This document shows, in pieces, positions 45,567-56,396 of a stretch of 64,000 nucleotides of DNA (positions within the stretch are counted from its first letter, which is position 1; the number at the start of each line of letters is the position of its first letter). The DNA is from a virus. Position numbers and translations under genes: made by a program. The notes under the pieces are model-generated. The model worked only from the letters and a program-made list of their open reading frames with translations. It made no database searches and was not told the origin of the DNA. The stretch spans positions 17,868 through 81,867 of IMG/VR virus record IMGVR_UViG_3300021137_000006. One strand, written 5' to 3'.

Positions 45567-46928
45567 ATGTCATCACTACTAGAACGCCTCGCCAACATGG
45601 CTGGAGTCTCACTAAAAGAATCTGAGTTCCCTCGGTTCAAGACTATCAAGATTCCTCTAGTCGATGTCGGTCTCGATGATCAACCAGAAGCTGTCATTAT
45701 GCAGTTCGCGCAAAAAGTCGCAGAACAGAATGACGTACTAACAATCGAAGACTGTCGCGTTAACCGTAAGGCTGGTACTCTTGAATTTGATCCAATGTTG
45801 TCAAACGGGGAAGTATCACCGCGTCAAATCGCAGCTTTCCGCAGCTTCGCAATGGATTTTTTGAGCGATCCTGAAAACATTGACACGTACGAGAGCGTGC
45901 AAAAAGGTAAAACTGAAGATACTGCTAACTATGAAAAAGTACTCGGACATAATAATGCAATGTCGGGCTCTAGGCATCCAACAGCTATAAAACTAAAAAC
46001 CGCACCTAAGGGATATAAGTTTAATGCTACTGGTCATCTCATACAGGAAGCTACTGGTAGCAACACACCGTATGATGAACTTGGTGCTTGGAAAGCTGCT
46101 GCAGCGAAAGCTGGTCTTGAAGTGTATTCACAAGGTGCTGCCGATGGCAAGTACACAGCCAAGAGAGATGGTGAAGTGTACGGCCGCTTTAACAAAGAAT
46201 CTGGCGAAGGTTGGATACACTCATCTGCAATGAAGGAGGCAATGACTCCTGCAGAAAAGAAAGAATTCCAAGCCCAGGTCGATAAGAGTGGTAAAGACTT
46301 GGAAACTGCAATTAAAACTGCTCCTCCGGGTTCTGAAAAAGACATGATCAAGGGCTTCCGTGGCGCAGTAAAAGCTGCGTACAAATCGAAATCTGGTGTC
46401 AAGGAAAGTGAACTAGAAGAAGCGCCAATCGGAGAACCTTGGGTTGTTCATCTACAATTCCGTAAGGAAGGTGACACACGCACTTGGAGTTCTGCAACTT
46501 ACAAGCTAAATGCACCAGACAAAGAACGTGCAAAAAGCTACGCAATTGCTGACTACAAGAAAAAAGGATACATTGATGTCACCGCTGTCCGTGCAACTCC
46601 TGCTAAACCTGTGAAAGAAGATGCAGAAGAGTACAACCAACCTGTGGATAGTGCTCAACAAGGTCCGCTTCCACAAGGTCTTGCTGAAATCGCTCAAACG
46701 CTTGGCTTCCAAACGCTTGATACTCAAGCTAACCAAGGCAACTCCCAACAAGTATCCGCAGACACCGTTCGTACTGCTCTACTTGCAGCGTTCAATCTTG
46801 GTAAAACACAAGGAGACGCTGATGTTGGTTCTGCTGCCCAACAGCCACAATCTGGTGGACTCCCGCCACCCGAATCCCGCACATCAGCGGACCATCAACA
46901 AGCAGGTCCAATCGGTACTGCACGATAA
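45567..46928 (+). CDS. Modular putative internal head protein
   Basis: RLANMAGV.LKES N-terminus; IQEA, MKEA, VKES, LEEA, VKED junctions. Confidence 0.6.
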   Translation: MSSLLERLANMAGVSLKESEFPRFKTIKIPLVDVGLDDQPEAVIMQFAQKVAEQNDVLTIEDCRVNRKAGTLEFDPMLSNGEVSPRQIAAFRSFAMDFLSDPENIDTYESVQKGKTEDTANYEKVLGHNNAMSGSRHPTAIKLKTAPKGYKFNATGHLIQEATGSNTPYDELGAWKAAAAKAGLEVYSQGAADGKYTAKRDGEVYGRFNKESGEGWIHSSAMKEAMTPAEKKEFQAQVDKSGKDLETAIKTAPPGSEKDMIKGFRGAVKAAYKSKSGVKESELEEAPIGEPWVVHLQFRKEGDTRTWSSATYKLNAPDKERAKSYAIADYKKKGYIDVTAVRATPAKPVKEDAEEYNQPVDSAQQGPLPQGLAEIAQTLGFQTLDTQANQGNSQQVSADTVRTALLAAFNLGKTQGDADVGSAAQQPQSGGLPPPESRTSADHQQAGPIGTAR

Positions 46929-46959
46929 TCCAACAAGTCCGCCCCGGCGGACTTTTTTG

Positions 46960-47010
46960 TTGACCTTTTGTGAATTAGGGTAGATAATTACCGTATTGAC
47001 AAACAAAGGA
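46960..47010 (+). promoter_or_regulatory. Early sigma70 promoter + RBS cassette, copy 2
   Basis: TTGACC-17-GATAAT directly after the terminator AAGTCCGCC-CC-GGCGGACTTTTTT. Confidence 0.8.
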
Positions 47011-47015
47011 TTATT

Positions 47016-47270
47016 ATGACAGTTCTCGCTACTACTCTGGTTCGTCGTGCACTTCGCGCTGCTGGTGTGCGCATGGGGTTCAATGTGTTCACAAACAAGT
47101 ACAAAACTTGTCGCACTGTTAAGATGTACGGTAGTGATAATGCAGCGATCGACGCACAGTGCATTGATGCTGTCAAAGCATTAGAAATTCCCGGATTGAC
47201 TGTTAAGCAACGCGATTGCTGCACGCACTATGGTACTCGCACTTCAATCATCTTCCGTTTGCCCCTGTAA
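47016..47270 (+). CDS. Small hypothetical early protein
   Basis: Directly after the promoter/SD cassette. Confidence 0.7.
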   Translation: MTVLATTLVRRALRAAGVRMGFNVFTNKYKTCRTVKMYGSDNAAIDAQCIDAVKALEIPGLTVKQRDCCTHYGTRTSIIFRLPL

Positions 47271-47274
47271 TACC

Positions 47275-47460
47275 ATGACCACACTATATCTCGTCACTGC
47301 TGGTAACATCATTTTTGAAGATGTTACTGAAGATGTTGTCAATCCAGTGGAAATCTTTGACAATCTCCAAGCTGCAGAAGATTTTGGTAAATTGTTTGAT
47401 TTCTGCACGATTGTTGAAAAGACTCTCAATCCTGTTGTGCCCTTTCCAAAAATAGGTTAG
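47275..47460 (+). CDS. Small hypothetical protein
   Basis: Coupled to the previous ORF. Confidence 0.5.
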   Translation: MTTLYLVTAGNIIFEDVTEDVVNPVEIFDNLQAAEDFGKLFDFCTIVEKTLNPVVPFPKIG

Positions 47461-48224
47461 TCGGTAAACTCACTTTCCCAGATGGTAACCAGATTATATC
47501 CCATCGACTGTACAAGAGTTTCACGTTCGAGGGTGGTGTGATATAACTCACCTGCTGTGATTGTTTTGTTAAAGGGGTGGCAAGTATCACTCTCGCTATA
47601 GATATCTGGATTACCGTGAAACTTGTTACCATAAAACTCGTATATTGTATTAGTAGCAGCATCATACCCGTCAGCGTGAAACCGAGTATTTGGTATTTTA
47701 TATTCTTTGCCTCGTCCTATTCGTTGTAATGTGCAGTTATTATGTTGTTCGATTTGTTCCAACCATCTAATCGCTTTTCCAGAGTGGTGTTTTCTGTAGC
47801 AACATAGTCGACAGCCTTGTTTTCCGGTAAGATGGTCTTTTGGTGTCATACTAAAATCACCGTGTTCTGGACAGGTTATTATTAGTTTAGTGTGAGTATT
47901 GACGTATACAGCGTTGTGGTACGTATACTTGCTGTTGTGTATTGTGTTAGCCTGCTCCACAAACTCTGCTATCGATTTTTGTTTTGTTTTTATTCGACTT
48001 TGCTGTGCACATTGTGGACATCCTCCGGTGTTAGTGTGTTTGCTTGTATTGTGTGTGCGAATATGTTGGTCAGGTAGTTGACTAAACACACCGTGAATAT
48101 AGCACATTATGTTAACCGGAGTTTTTGCGTTTTTGTATACTACTTGTGAATAATCATATCGATTGCCGTGAAGTAGTTTCGCCTTTTCTATGAAGTTGCT
48201 CATTCGTTTATTAGTATCGTCCAT
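47457..48224 (-). CDS. Homing-endonuclease-like protein (YDYS..Y / C..HG.F repeats plus Vsr-like nuclease domain)
   Basis: Two zinc-ribbon repeats; ADGYD....IYEFYG..FHG; IWE. Confidence 0.8.
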   Translation of the reverse strand: MDDTNKRMSNFIEKAKLLHGNRYDYSQVVYKNAKTPVNIMCYIHGVFSQLPDQHIRTHNTSKHTNTGGCPQCAQQSRIKTKQKSIAEFVEQANTIHNSKYTYHNAVYVNTHTKLIITCPEHGDFSMTPKDHLTGKQGCRLCCYRKHHSGKAIRWLEQIEQHNNCTLQRIGRGKEYKIPNTRFHADGYDAATNTIYEFYGNKFHGNPDIYSESDTCHPFNKTITAGELYHTTLERETLVQSMGYNLVTIWESEFTD

Positions 48225-48322
48225 CTACTCTATCTGGTTGAGTTATACACGTATTTATGCAGATTTTAAAAGTTGACCCCATTTTTTATTAAGTGGATAC
48301 TCTCGGCTCATTAAGGAATAAA

Positions 48323-49423
48323 ATGCTTATACAACAGATTTTCGCTGGCAAACCTGCTCGCACATATCAAGTCGCTGCAAAAAATGAAGTAATAGCCGCA
48401 TTAGTGGGCGGACACACCCGCATCTGCTGCGTGTTGCCAACAGGCGCTGGGAAGACTCATACGGCTGGACTGCTGTTAGTTGCTCCGGAGTTGCGCACCG
48501 TACTGGGTATTCGACCAGACCAACCACTTCGTGTGTTGTTTATCGCCCATCGTCATCGGCTGCTCAAACAAGCCGCAGATGCGTATTGCACGGAAATGAC
48601 TATTCTCAAGGATGATGAATATAAACACACGCCTATGTGCGCAGGGTACACTGGCCAATCCTCGGCGAAAATTTTATTTACTACGTTATCCACCTTTAGC
48701 ACAGTGCCACGTGATATGCAGTGGGACATCGTTGTGCTCGACGAAGCGCACCACGAAGCAATGTTGACTTTCCAACACAAACTGGAACAAATCAGTGTTA
48801 AACCAATCATTGGGTTAAGTGCGACCCCGTCAAGAGCCGATGGAGTGTTGTGCAAGTTTTCCAAGTTTGTAGAGACGCTTTCTCGGGAAGACGCAGTAGC
48901 TGCAGGATTCCTTGCTGATAGCAGTGTGTACTCATTTATAGACAGTCCTGCACGTGAACACGTCGATATGGTAATGGACATTGTTGAGCTCAAGCAATCT
49001 TCGCTCGGTCAAACAATGGTGTTCGTCCGTACTAAACACGAAGCTGTAGATCTGCAGCAGCGTCTTGCTGCACTCAAGCTCACTTCTGTTGCACTGGTCA
49101 ATGTTAAAGAAAAGACACTCAATGCGGAACTGATTAAGTTCGAAAAAGCAGAAGTGCAGTTTGTGATCTCGTGTAATAAGATCGGTGAAGGTACTGACGT
49201 AAAGGGATGCGAGAGCATTATCATTGGTCGTACCACTGCAAGTAAACCACTTTTGAACCAAGTTATTGGACGTTCGGCGCGGAATGACTGTGAATCTCGT
49301 GTTTATGAGATCATCAACCCATTATCGAGTAATAACTTAACTGCCAGTGATATCGTGGATCCCCATTACCACGAGATTTGGTATAAAGTGCGACACCAGT
49401 GGAGATGTCACGTAGTTAGGTAA
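48323..49423 (+). CDS. Superfamily 2 DExH helicase
   Basis: PTGAGKT, DEAHH, SATP.R.D, EG.D, Q..GR..R. Confidence 0.92.
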   Translation: MLIQQIFAGKPARTYQVAAKNEVIAALVGGHTRICCVLPTGAGKTHTAGLLLVAPELRTVLGIRPDQPLRVLFIAHRHRLLKQAADAYCTEMTILKDDEYKHTPMCAGYTGQSSAKILFTTLSTFSTVPRDMQWDIVVLDEAHHEAMLTFQHKLEQISVKPIIGLSATPSRADGVLCKFSKFVETLSREDAVAAGFLADSSVYSFIDSPAREHVDMVMDIVELKQSSLGQTMVFVRTKHEAVDLQQRLAALKLTSVALVNVKEKTLNAELIKFEKAEVQFVISCNKIGEGTDVKGCESIIIGRTTASKPLLNQVIGRSARNDCESRVYEIINPLSSNNLTASDIVDPHYHEIWYKVRHQWRCHVVR

Positions 49424-49478
49424 AATATGGAGTATTTTTCATCGGTAGAGCATAAATACCTGATATACGAGGCACCAT

Positions 49479-50483
49479 ATGCATTACGAACAAAAAACAT
49501 TACCGGAGTGGCAAACTCGATTCATCACCGCCGCTAATAACATATTTGATAACAAGTATGATTATTCGCAAGTATGCTACAGCTCTACACACGTTCCGGT
49601 TACTATTATTTGTCCAGACCACGGACCGTTTTTGAAGCGACCAGTTAAACACATATCAGCGAAAGAAGGTTGTCCAACTTGTGCGAAACAAGCTCGACTG
49701 CAAAACTCCGTACGATTCAAAAATATAGATGACATTAGAGAGGAGTGTAACACGCTCCACAACTCTGCCTACCTCTATACCGACGTATCGTTATCGCCAC
49801 GTGGTTATATCACCACAGATTCCCTGTTAACTATCGTATGTCCAACACACGGCGAGTTTACACAAACGGTTAACAAACACATTTACCAAAAAACAAAATG
49901 TGAAAAATGCAAGTTTGTTACTAATGCAGCACTAAAAATCCAACGCACCAAACTGATATTTGAACAGGAGCGGATACTAATACATGGCAATAAGTATGAT
50001 TACTCTAAAGTTGACTACAAGGGGTGGCATCCGAAAGTAACGATAACCTGTCCCATCCACGGTGATTTCGAGATGTCCCCTACAAACCACATTAGAGGAT
50101 ACCAAGGGTGCCCAACCTGCTGTGAGTCGGGACCCGAGCAGATCATTCGACAGTTGTTGACTGACAGACACATAAAGTTTATTGCCCAGAAGAAATTCCC
50201 TGGTTGTATTGGGGCTGACACCAAATCAGCTCTTCGATACGATTTTTACTTACCAACGCAAAATACGGTAATCGAATATGATGGGATTTATCACTACCAA
50301 GCTATCCAGCACGGCGATGGAGCGGAGAGCGCGGCATTGCGGTTTTCTCGCCAGCAGCAGAACGATTTGATCAAAACAAAATATGCAGAAGACCACAATA
50401 TGACACTCATCCGCATCCCACACTTTGAAAAACAAACAATCGTTACAATAATCGACTCGATTGCTACCCAAGTAATTGCTTGA
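49479..50483 (+). CDS. Homing-endonuclease-like protein (three C..HG.F repeats plus nuclease domain)
   Basis: YDYS, CP.HG.F repeats; LRYDFYLP....IEYDG..H; D..K..YA......LIRI. Confidence 0.8.
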   Translation: MHYEQKTLPEWQTRFITAANNIFDNKYDYSQVCYSSTHVPVTIICPDHGPFLKRPVKHISAKEGCPTCAKQARLQNSVRFKNIDDIREECNTLHNSAYLYTDVSLSPRGYITTDSLLTIVCPTHGEFTQTVNKHIYQKTKCEKCKFVTNAALKIQRTKLIFEQERILIHGNKYDYSKVDYKGWHPKVTITCPIHGDFEMSPTNHIRGYQGCPTCCESGPEQIIRQLLTDRHIKFIAQKKFPGCIGADTKSALRYDFYLPTQNTVIEYDGIYHYQAIQHGDGAESAALRFSRQQQNDLIKTKYAEDHNMTLIRIPHFEKQTIVTIIDSIATQVIA

Positions 50484-50516
50484 CCCCAAATCAACCTTTC
50501 AATATAGTGCACGCAT

Positions 50517-51551
50517 ATGATTTCAAACAAACACTTTAAGCTGATTGATGCAGTCTCTTTCGAATACTTGCATATGACACAACTCTCACAAGCGACTGTT
50601 GATTGCACCGTCACTCTGGTGCGAGATGGCGTAGAGACCAAGTTTAGTATTCCTCCAGGTGTATCATATCGTCTTCGTAAGTCGATTGGCAATGTGTCTA
50701 AATTCTCTGTAGCACACCCGATCTGCGTTGCTTTTGTTGGCGATCGCATTGTGAGTGCAGACTGCCCCATTCGTGCAGCACTACCAGATGCTCGCAAAGG
50801 CAAGTGGAAAAGTATCATCGATATCAATTTGACACTGTTCAAGGCGCCTGCAAATGCGTACTTTGATGGCCAGTACATCTACACGATCGATGCGGAGCCA
50901 GAAGTATTTGATCGTAACTTTGGTGTGTTGAAATTGACTGCATGTTACGATATGTTTCATTGCGGCGATCCGGTATGGACCAGTTCGCCTCGCGCTTGCT
51001 TCGCATACCAGGCTGCAAAAGGTAAGTGGGTTGTTACTGCACCGTGTACCAATTCTGCTGGGTCATTCCTGCAACTGATTGCGGACGATGTTAGCAATAA
51101 TACCGCAGCTGTGTACGACAGCGTTGATATGATTGACAAGATTCGGTTCGTTAATCTCCGCTTCGTCAATTACGCTGCCGGCCGCCTTGCAAATGCGTTT
51201 GATTTTGAAACAATCGAACCACTTGGCTTACCACTGCTAATGATCGAACACGGTACATTCAACCTGGGTGAGTTGACACCAACAGTGCAAATGACTTGCC
51301 CTGCTCCATTGACATTCTCGCAGACGTTGGCGTGGCTCACTGGTCTGTGTAACCGTGCCACAACACTCGGTCAGTTTATCACTGTAAAGGATTGCATCAA
51401 GATGTTGATGTCTAAAGGTTGTACACGCACCGCCTCGGTAGTGGGAGCTGGCGAAGAGTTGGATGATGGTGCAACCGATGTGTCAAAGAATGAAATCGTG
51501 TATGCAGCTCGTAAACACTATAATTCACTGCCGATGATGAACTTCAGTTGA
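50517..51551 (+). CDS. Hypothetical protein
   Basis: 344-aa ORF after a TTGACC-type promoter. Confidence 0.65.
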   Translation: MISNKHFKLIDAVSFEYLHMTQLSQATVDCTVTLVRDGVETKFSIPPGVSYRLRKSIGNVSKFSVAHPICVAFVGDRIVSADCPIRAALPDARKGKWKSIIDINLTLFKAPANAYFDGQYIYTIDAEPEVFDRNFGVLKLTACYDMFHCGDPVWTSSPRACFAYQAAKGKWVVTAPCTNSAGSFLQLIADDVSNNTAAVYDSVDMIDKIRFVNLRFVNYAAGRLANAFDFETIEPLGLPLLMIEHGTFNLGELTPTVQMTCPAPLTFSQTLAWLTGLCNRATTLGQFITVKDCIKMLMSKGCTRTASVVGAGEELDDGATDVSKNEIVYAARKHYNSLPMMNFS

Positions 51552-51603
51552 CCTCAATTTGGTTACATCGGATACTTGTCTATCTTTTAAGGAGTCCTCA
51601 ATA

Positions 51604-52632
51604 ATGTTCGTTCGTACCCAAAATTTCACTTCTGCTGCTGATATCACCAGTTCTTTGATCTATCGTGCTAAGTCTGTGGCACCGATCCTAGGTGACAAGG
51701 GCCTAACAGGAATGAAAGTCGACAAGATTTTTGACGTCCCGTTTAGCTCGACGTCTAACGAAGCAAAACAAGTGCTGTTGGGCGTCGACCCAAAGCAAGT
51801 AATCGAGCAGTACGCTGGTGGTCTTTTCCACGTTGCTGATGATAAGGTCATCGATTATCGGCCAACATCGTACACTGGCTTTGTGCATGGTACAGATGCT
51901 CTGAACGAATTGTCGCAGCGCATCGGATTCCTCAAGCATGGTGATACTCTCGTCCCTCGCAATCGCACTTCACAATTTGAACACGAGGCGTTTGCCAAGG
52001 GTGGTAAATTCGATGTCGATGTGGGATTTGAGTGGAGTGCATTCTCTCCGTCCATCGACAGTCGTTTCGAAATGGTTCGAGCATTGTGCTCGAACCAAAT
52101 GATCTTCGGCAAAGGTACAGTGATGTCTCGCTCGATTCCAATGATTAGTGATTGGGAATCCAACATGCATGTCAGCAACGATGTGCTGAAGCACATTTTT
52201 CACACTACCGTTATCGGCCGCCTCGCGGATATGCCTGACGAACGTGCCAACCTTGCTGATGCACGTTTGCTGAAGCTAGAAATTGGTCGCCAATTGGACA
52301 ATGAAGCGATGGCTGTAGATAGTCGCAAATTCCTCAACAATTTGCTTGAAAAAGTTGCAGCACTGGATTCGTTTGAGCTGCCTAAGTCGATGTCGGTCAA
52401 TGACGTCAAGCGGATTGCGGTACCAATGTCTGTGTATGACGCAATGAACATTGCAACGGAAGTGACCACTCACCACAGTGATGGCAAACCCTCTAATAAG
52501 CTGAAAGCTTTTGCTGTGTCCTGCATCTTCGATCGTAAGCGTCAGTCTAACATCATCAGTGAAGAAGTATTTTCTAGCACGAACACGTTCAACGACCCCG
52601 ATCGTGCATTCTGGGCCGAAACTGTTCACTAA
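51604..52632 (+). CDS. Hypothetical protein, possibly DUF932-like
   Basis: R..CSN.M motif and YDAMN..TE..TH; SD AAGGAG. Confidence 0.5.
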   Translation: MFVRTQNFTSAADITSSLIYRAKSVAPILGDKGLTGMKVDKIFDVPFSSTSNEAKQVLLGVDPKQVIEQYAGGLFHVADDKVIDYRPTSYTGFVHGTDALNELSQRIGFLKHGDTLVPRNRTSQFEHEAFAKGGKFDVDVGFEWSAFSPSIDSRFEMVRALCSNQMIFGKGTVMSRSIPMISDWESNMHVSNDVLKHIFHTTVIGRLADMPDERANLADARLLKLEIGRQLDNEAMAVDSRKFLNNLLEKVAALDSFELPKSMSVNDVKRIAVPMSVYDAMNIATEVTTHHSDGKPSNKLKAFAVSCIFDRKRQSNIISEEVFSSTNTFNDPDRAFWAETVH

Positions 52633-53060
52633 TGCCCTTTTGCAAAAAAGAGCTAAAGTATCTTGCTAGTGCTTTAACTCTTGCTCACTCAAGCACATAC
52701 GGGGTTAAGAACATCAAAATTGGTGCCCTTGTTGTTGACAAACGGGGCAATCAGTATATTGGACGTAATAGTTCAAAATCTGATCCAATGCAATACTTCT
52801 ATAATAAGAAGCGGTTTGATGGAGAAATATTCGATAGTGTTGGACATGCATTGCACGCAGAGATGGCTGCCATTAAGAATGCTATAAATAGACGAGTGGA
52901 CCTAACCGGAGCAGCAATATACATTGCTAGAGTTGGCAGCAACACTCAGTACGGAATGTGTAGACCTTGTGCTGCCTGTCTAGCTGCTGTCATTGCGGTT
53001 GGGATTACAGATATTTTTTATACGACTGAGCAAGGAATTGCCCATGAACGAGTACTGTAG
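52632..53060 (+). CDS. Zn-dependent cytidine/deoxycytidylate deaminase-family protein
   Basis: GA.VV, HAE..AI, RPCAAC. Confidence 0.85.
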   Translation: MPFCKKELKYLASALTLAHSSTYGVKNIKIGALVVDKRGNQYIGRNSSKSDPMQYFYNKKRFDGEIFDSVGHALHAEMAAIKNAINRRVDLTGAAIYIARVGSNTQYGMCRPCAACLAAVIAVGITDIFYTTEQGIAHERVL

Positions 53061-53137
53061 AGCACCCTCTGCACGACACGTTATACATTTGCGAATACGC
53101 AATTTTACAGGGTGCCAAAAGCACCCTTTTTTATTAT

Positions 53138-53731
53138 ATGATGAACATTCATACTAAAATCCTGACCTTAGATATGGCAGGTGTACCTCGGAAATGGGAG
53201 GACGTTGAGAAAGTAGTTGAATACTACGCAAAGGATAAGATTGCTTGGGATCTCGGCGACTTTGAATACACTATGCGTGGTGGTATTCAGCGCGTATCCG
53301 GACTACAAAGTGAAATTACTGTTCGCAGTATCGTCGCTGTGAAAGGTACTGAGCATCTTGTTGGCAAAGAACGTACGCCACCTCTGTCGCGTCGCATGTT
53401 GTTTTCGCGTGACCGTTGCGTCTGTGCATACTGTGGGCAGAAGTATGATGAACGCAACCTCGAACAAGAGCACGTTATCCCACGTGCTCAAGGTGGCCGC
53501 TCGTCTTGGACCAACCTTGTTACTGCTTGCTACCACTGCAATGACTTGAAGGGTAACCGCACTCCAGAACAGGCTCAAATGCCACTGGTCTATCTGCCTT
53601 ACATTCCAAACCGGTATGAAGAACTGTTGCTGTCTAACCGCCACATTCTGGCTGACCAAATGGAGCTGCTAATGAGCAAGGCTAAGCACTTCAAGATGAT
53701 GCCACGAGGGGAATTGCATGTCCGTCAATAA
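53138..53731 (+). CDS. HNH endonuclease (McrA-like)
   Basis: RD...CAYCG, EHVIPR..GG...W.NLVTAC..CN..K..RTPEQA.M.L. Confidence 0.9.
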   Translation: MMNIHTKILTLDMAGVPRKWEDVEKVVEYYAKDKIAWDLGDFEYTMRGGIQRVSGLQSEITVRSIVAVKGTEHLVGKERTPPLSRRMLFSRDRCVCAYCGQKYDERNLEQEHVIPRAQGGRSSWTNLVTACYHCNDLKGNRTPEQAQMPLVYLPYIPNRYEELLLSNRHILADQMELLMSKAKHFKMMPRGELHVRQ

Positions 53732-54260
53732 AAACTTTGCGAATGTTTTTGAAAACATGCAACAAATTGTCGAAGACCGTCAAAACGGTGTTCGAATGAC
53801 TGACAGTGTTATCATTTTTGATGACAAGTTTAATCCATTAAGCGTTGGGTATCAATGTGACATAGTATTGGAAGGGGTGATGTTTGCATCAGCGGATCAC
53901 GCTCTCCAATATTTGCGTGCAATGGCATTTCAGGACCAAGCAGCGATGCGACAAATAGCGTCCGCTGCAACTGCAAAACAAGCAAAGACTGTCCTAATTA
54001 ATCGATTCAGCAACAACACGTGGCGTAAGTTTGAGCATCGTTCGATGCAGGTAGTGATTGGTGCTAAAGTCAAACAAAACAAGACAGCGCGAGAGCACTT
54101 AAAGATGACTGGGACGAAAAAGTTGGTGTACGCATCCAAACACGACACGTATTTCGGTTGTGGACTTGCTATGAACGACGACAATGTGTTATATCCTCAA
54201 TTTTGGGCTGGTCAAAACCAACTTGGTCATATTCTTGAGCAGTATCGCAAAGTCCTGTAA
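53718..54260 (+). CDS. NADAR (YbiA-like) family protein
   Basis: F.S.DH......A..F.D, K..QN, L..TG...LVYAS..D..FG.G, GQNQLG.IL...R. Confidence 0.8.
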   Translation: MSVNKNFANVFENMQQIVEDRQNGVRMTDSVIIFDDKFNPLSVGYQCDIVLEGVMFASADHALQYLRAMAFQDQAAMRQIASAATAKQAKTVLINRFSNNTWRKFEHRSMQVVIGAKVKQNKTAREHLKMTGTKKLVYASKHDTYFGCGLAMNDDNVLYPQFWAGQNQLGHILEQYRKVL

Positions 54261-54284
54261 ATAGACCAACGTTATGACATTACT

Positions 54285-55160
54285 ATGGCACTGAAAGAAG
54301 GCGGAAACGCAACAGCAGAGTGGGGAACTACTCGTGCTACTCAGCAGGATATGCAAGCAGCACTGAAGTTTATGGCAGGTGCTTCAGGCATTCCACAAGA
54401 GGAGCTACGCGCTGGATTGCTTGGTAGTACAGAATTGACCATTCTTGGCCTACGCAAAGATAGTGGAGATGTTGATATTGCTGTGGATCTCGGCAAGTAT
54501 GATATGTCAGAGGTTCACAGTAAAGTGCTCGCTGCGGTTCACGGAGAAGGTGCTTTGGCGTCCGGCCTTCGCACAGGATCGTACGCTGTTCCTGTCGGCG
54601 GCGGCAAAAAGATCCAAGTTGACCTAATGTACTTCGATAGTGTCAAGTGGGCAAAGTTTATGTACCACAGTGACGAAGGTCGTAACAGCAAATTTAAAGG
54701 GGTTGTTCGCAATCAACTTCTCATGGCGTGTGTCCGACACATGATTCACCCAGGTGACATTATAATCAAGAATGAAGCGGGCGAAATTATCGCTCGTGCA
54801 AGTCGCTCAATTGATCCAAATAAAGGAATGCGCCGGATTTTCAAAATGGTGTCAATCAATAAACGCACTGGTGCTCCGAACAAGACACTCGGTACGGTCA
54901 CACCTGCTGAAATCCGAGCTCGATACCCAGGTGCTGAGTTCATCGATCGAGAGGACTTAGTTAATGATCCAGAGACGCTCGTCCACACGTTATTTGGGGA
55001 AGACGTAGAGCCATCGAGTGTTATGACAGTTGAAGACTTGATGGACGTGATCAAACGTAAGGTTACTGATGCCAAACTGCGTGAAACGATTGGATTGGAT
55101 GCGGCTACTACGTTGGATCGGGACGATATCCCATATCCACCAGCTTTGCGGGACCTGTAA
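54285..55160 (+). CDS. Pol-beta-superfamily nucleotidyltransferase-like protein
   Basis: LKEGGNA start; LGS....K.SGDVDIAVD; IQVDLM; KG..RN.LL. Confidence 0.65.
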   Translation: MALKEGGNATAEWGTTRATQQDMQAALKFMAGASGIPQEELRAGLLGSTELTILGLRKDSGDVDIAVDLGKYDMSEVHSKVLAAVHGEGALASGLRTGSYAVPVGGGKKIQVDLMYFDSVKWAKFMYHSDEGRNSKFKGVVRNQLLMACVRHMIHPGDIIIKNEAGEIIARASRSIDPNKGMRRIFKMVSINKRTGAPNKTLGTVTPAEIRARYPGAEFIDREDLVNDPETLVHTLFGEDVEPSSVMTVEDLMDVIKRKVTDAKLRETIGLDAATTLDRDDIPYPPALRDL

Positions 55161-55222
55161 TCGTTGAGCACAATGGTGTAACCTGAGACAATTGTCTCAT
55201 TGTTTAACTATTTGGAAACGTA

Positions 55223-55468
55223 ATGACTACAGCTTCTCTAATGGCTAGCCGAGTGCTTGAAAAATTTGTAAATGCTCAGGTGCACCGCGCCACATTCGAT
55301 CCTGCTAATGTTGGGCACCGAATCACATACTTGCAGTTCCGTGAAACTGGCAAGTGGTCTGGCGGTTGTCCGTTCAAATTAGAGTGGCCATTCCTCACGG
55401 TTCCTGCTCTGTGTCAGGGTAGACTTCTGGACTATTATTTAACCCAGGACAACGAACTGCATAAATAA
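55223..55468 (+). CDS. Hypothetical protein
   Basis: FDP.N..HR..Y..F...G.W..CPF.LEWPF. Confidence 0.65.
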   Translation: MTTASLMASRVLEKFVNAQVHRATFDPANVGHRITYLQFRETGKWSGGCPFKLEWPFLTVPALCQGRLLDYYLTQDNELHK

Positions 55469-55632
55469 ACCACACATTCAACGTCATTGGTACGCTGTTT
55501 GAGGCATAAGATGAGTGTGAACTTCGAGCGCAATGCTCGGTGGTAAGTTCAAAAACACCAGCCTCAACTTACTCAGCTTATCATGTATCAGTTGGCTCGT
55601 TTATCGATGCCGACACTTTAATAGGAGACCCT

Positions 55633-56337
55633 ATGTTAACATTAAAGCGATTGCCTTCGGTATCGTCGTTTACGATTTCTCGTAACGTTTTTTCCTCGTC
55701 CCCACTCAAGCGTCGTAGTTTTGTGCTACGCTATTGGTGGATCGTTCTTGCCCTTACTGTTGCGTTTGCTATGGGCACGTTTTATACATACCAACAAGCG
55801 ATGGAATGGTGGAACTACGAAATCTACCTCAAGCGTCAAGTAGCGGAGGTAGATACCACCAATCCGATCTTCACCAATGCACTTGTGCAGTGGATTAAGA
55901 AAAAGTCAAATGGTGCACCTAATACTAATCCAGAAATGTTACAACAAATTGTTGTAACGGCATTTAAGGAAAGCGAAGCACATCAAGTCGATCCGTACTT
56001 GACACTAGCCGTCATTACGACAGAAAGTAAGTTCGATTACATGGCAACTAGTCCAGCAGGCGCAAAAGGTTTAATGCAGGTGATGCCCTCTATGCATAAA
56101 GATAAGATCAGCATCGTTGAAGTATTCAATCCAGTTGCTAATATCAAAGCAGGTACGCAAATTTTGCGCGATTATTTGAAGACTTCCAATGGAGATGTGC
56201 ACAAAGCTCTATTGATGTACAATGGTTCGTTAGCAATCCCTGGCGCGAACTACGATAAAAAAGTATTGCAGAATCGTGCTGAACTATCAAACTTTGTAGA
56301 GAGTCAAATTCGAACTAATTATGGACGCAACATCTAA
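55633..56337 (+). CDS. Lytic transglycosylase (SLT family) with N-terminal transmembrane segment
   Basis: AVI..ES.F...A.S.AGA.GLMQVMP, NI..G..IL, AL..YNG; SD AGGAG. Confidence 0.92.
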   Translation: MLTLKRLPSVSSFTISRNVFSSSPLKRRSFVLRYWWIVLALTVAFAMGTFYTYQQAMEWWNYEIYLKRQVAEVDTTNPIFTNALVQWIKKKSNGAPNTNPEMLQQIVVTAFKESEAHQVDPYLTLAVITTESKFDYMATSPAGAKGLMQVMPSMHKDKISIVEVFNPVANIKAGTQILRDYLKTSNGDVHKALLMYNGSLAIPGANYDKKVLQNRAELSNFVESQIRTNYGRNI

Positions 56338-56396
56338 TAGCACACATACTTTATAAAATAGACAATTGGTTCTTATTAGTATTCACGGAATTGAAA

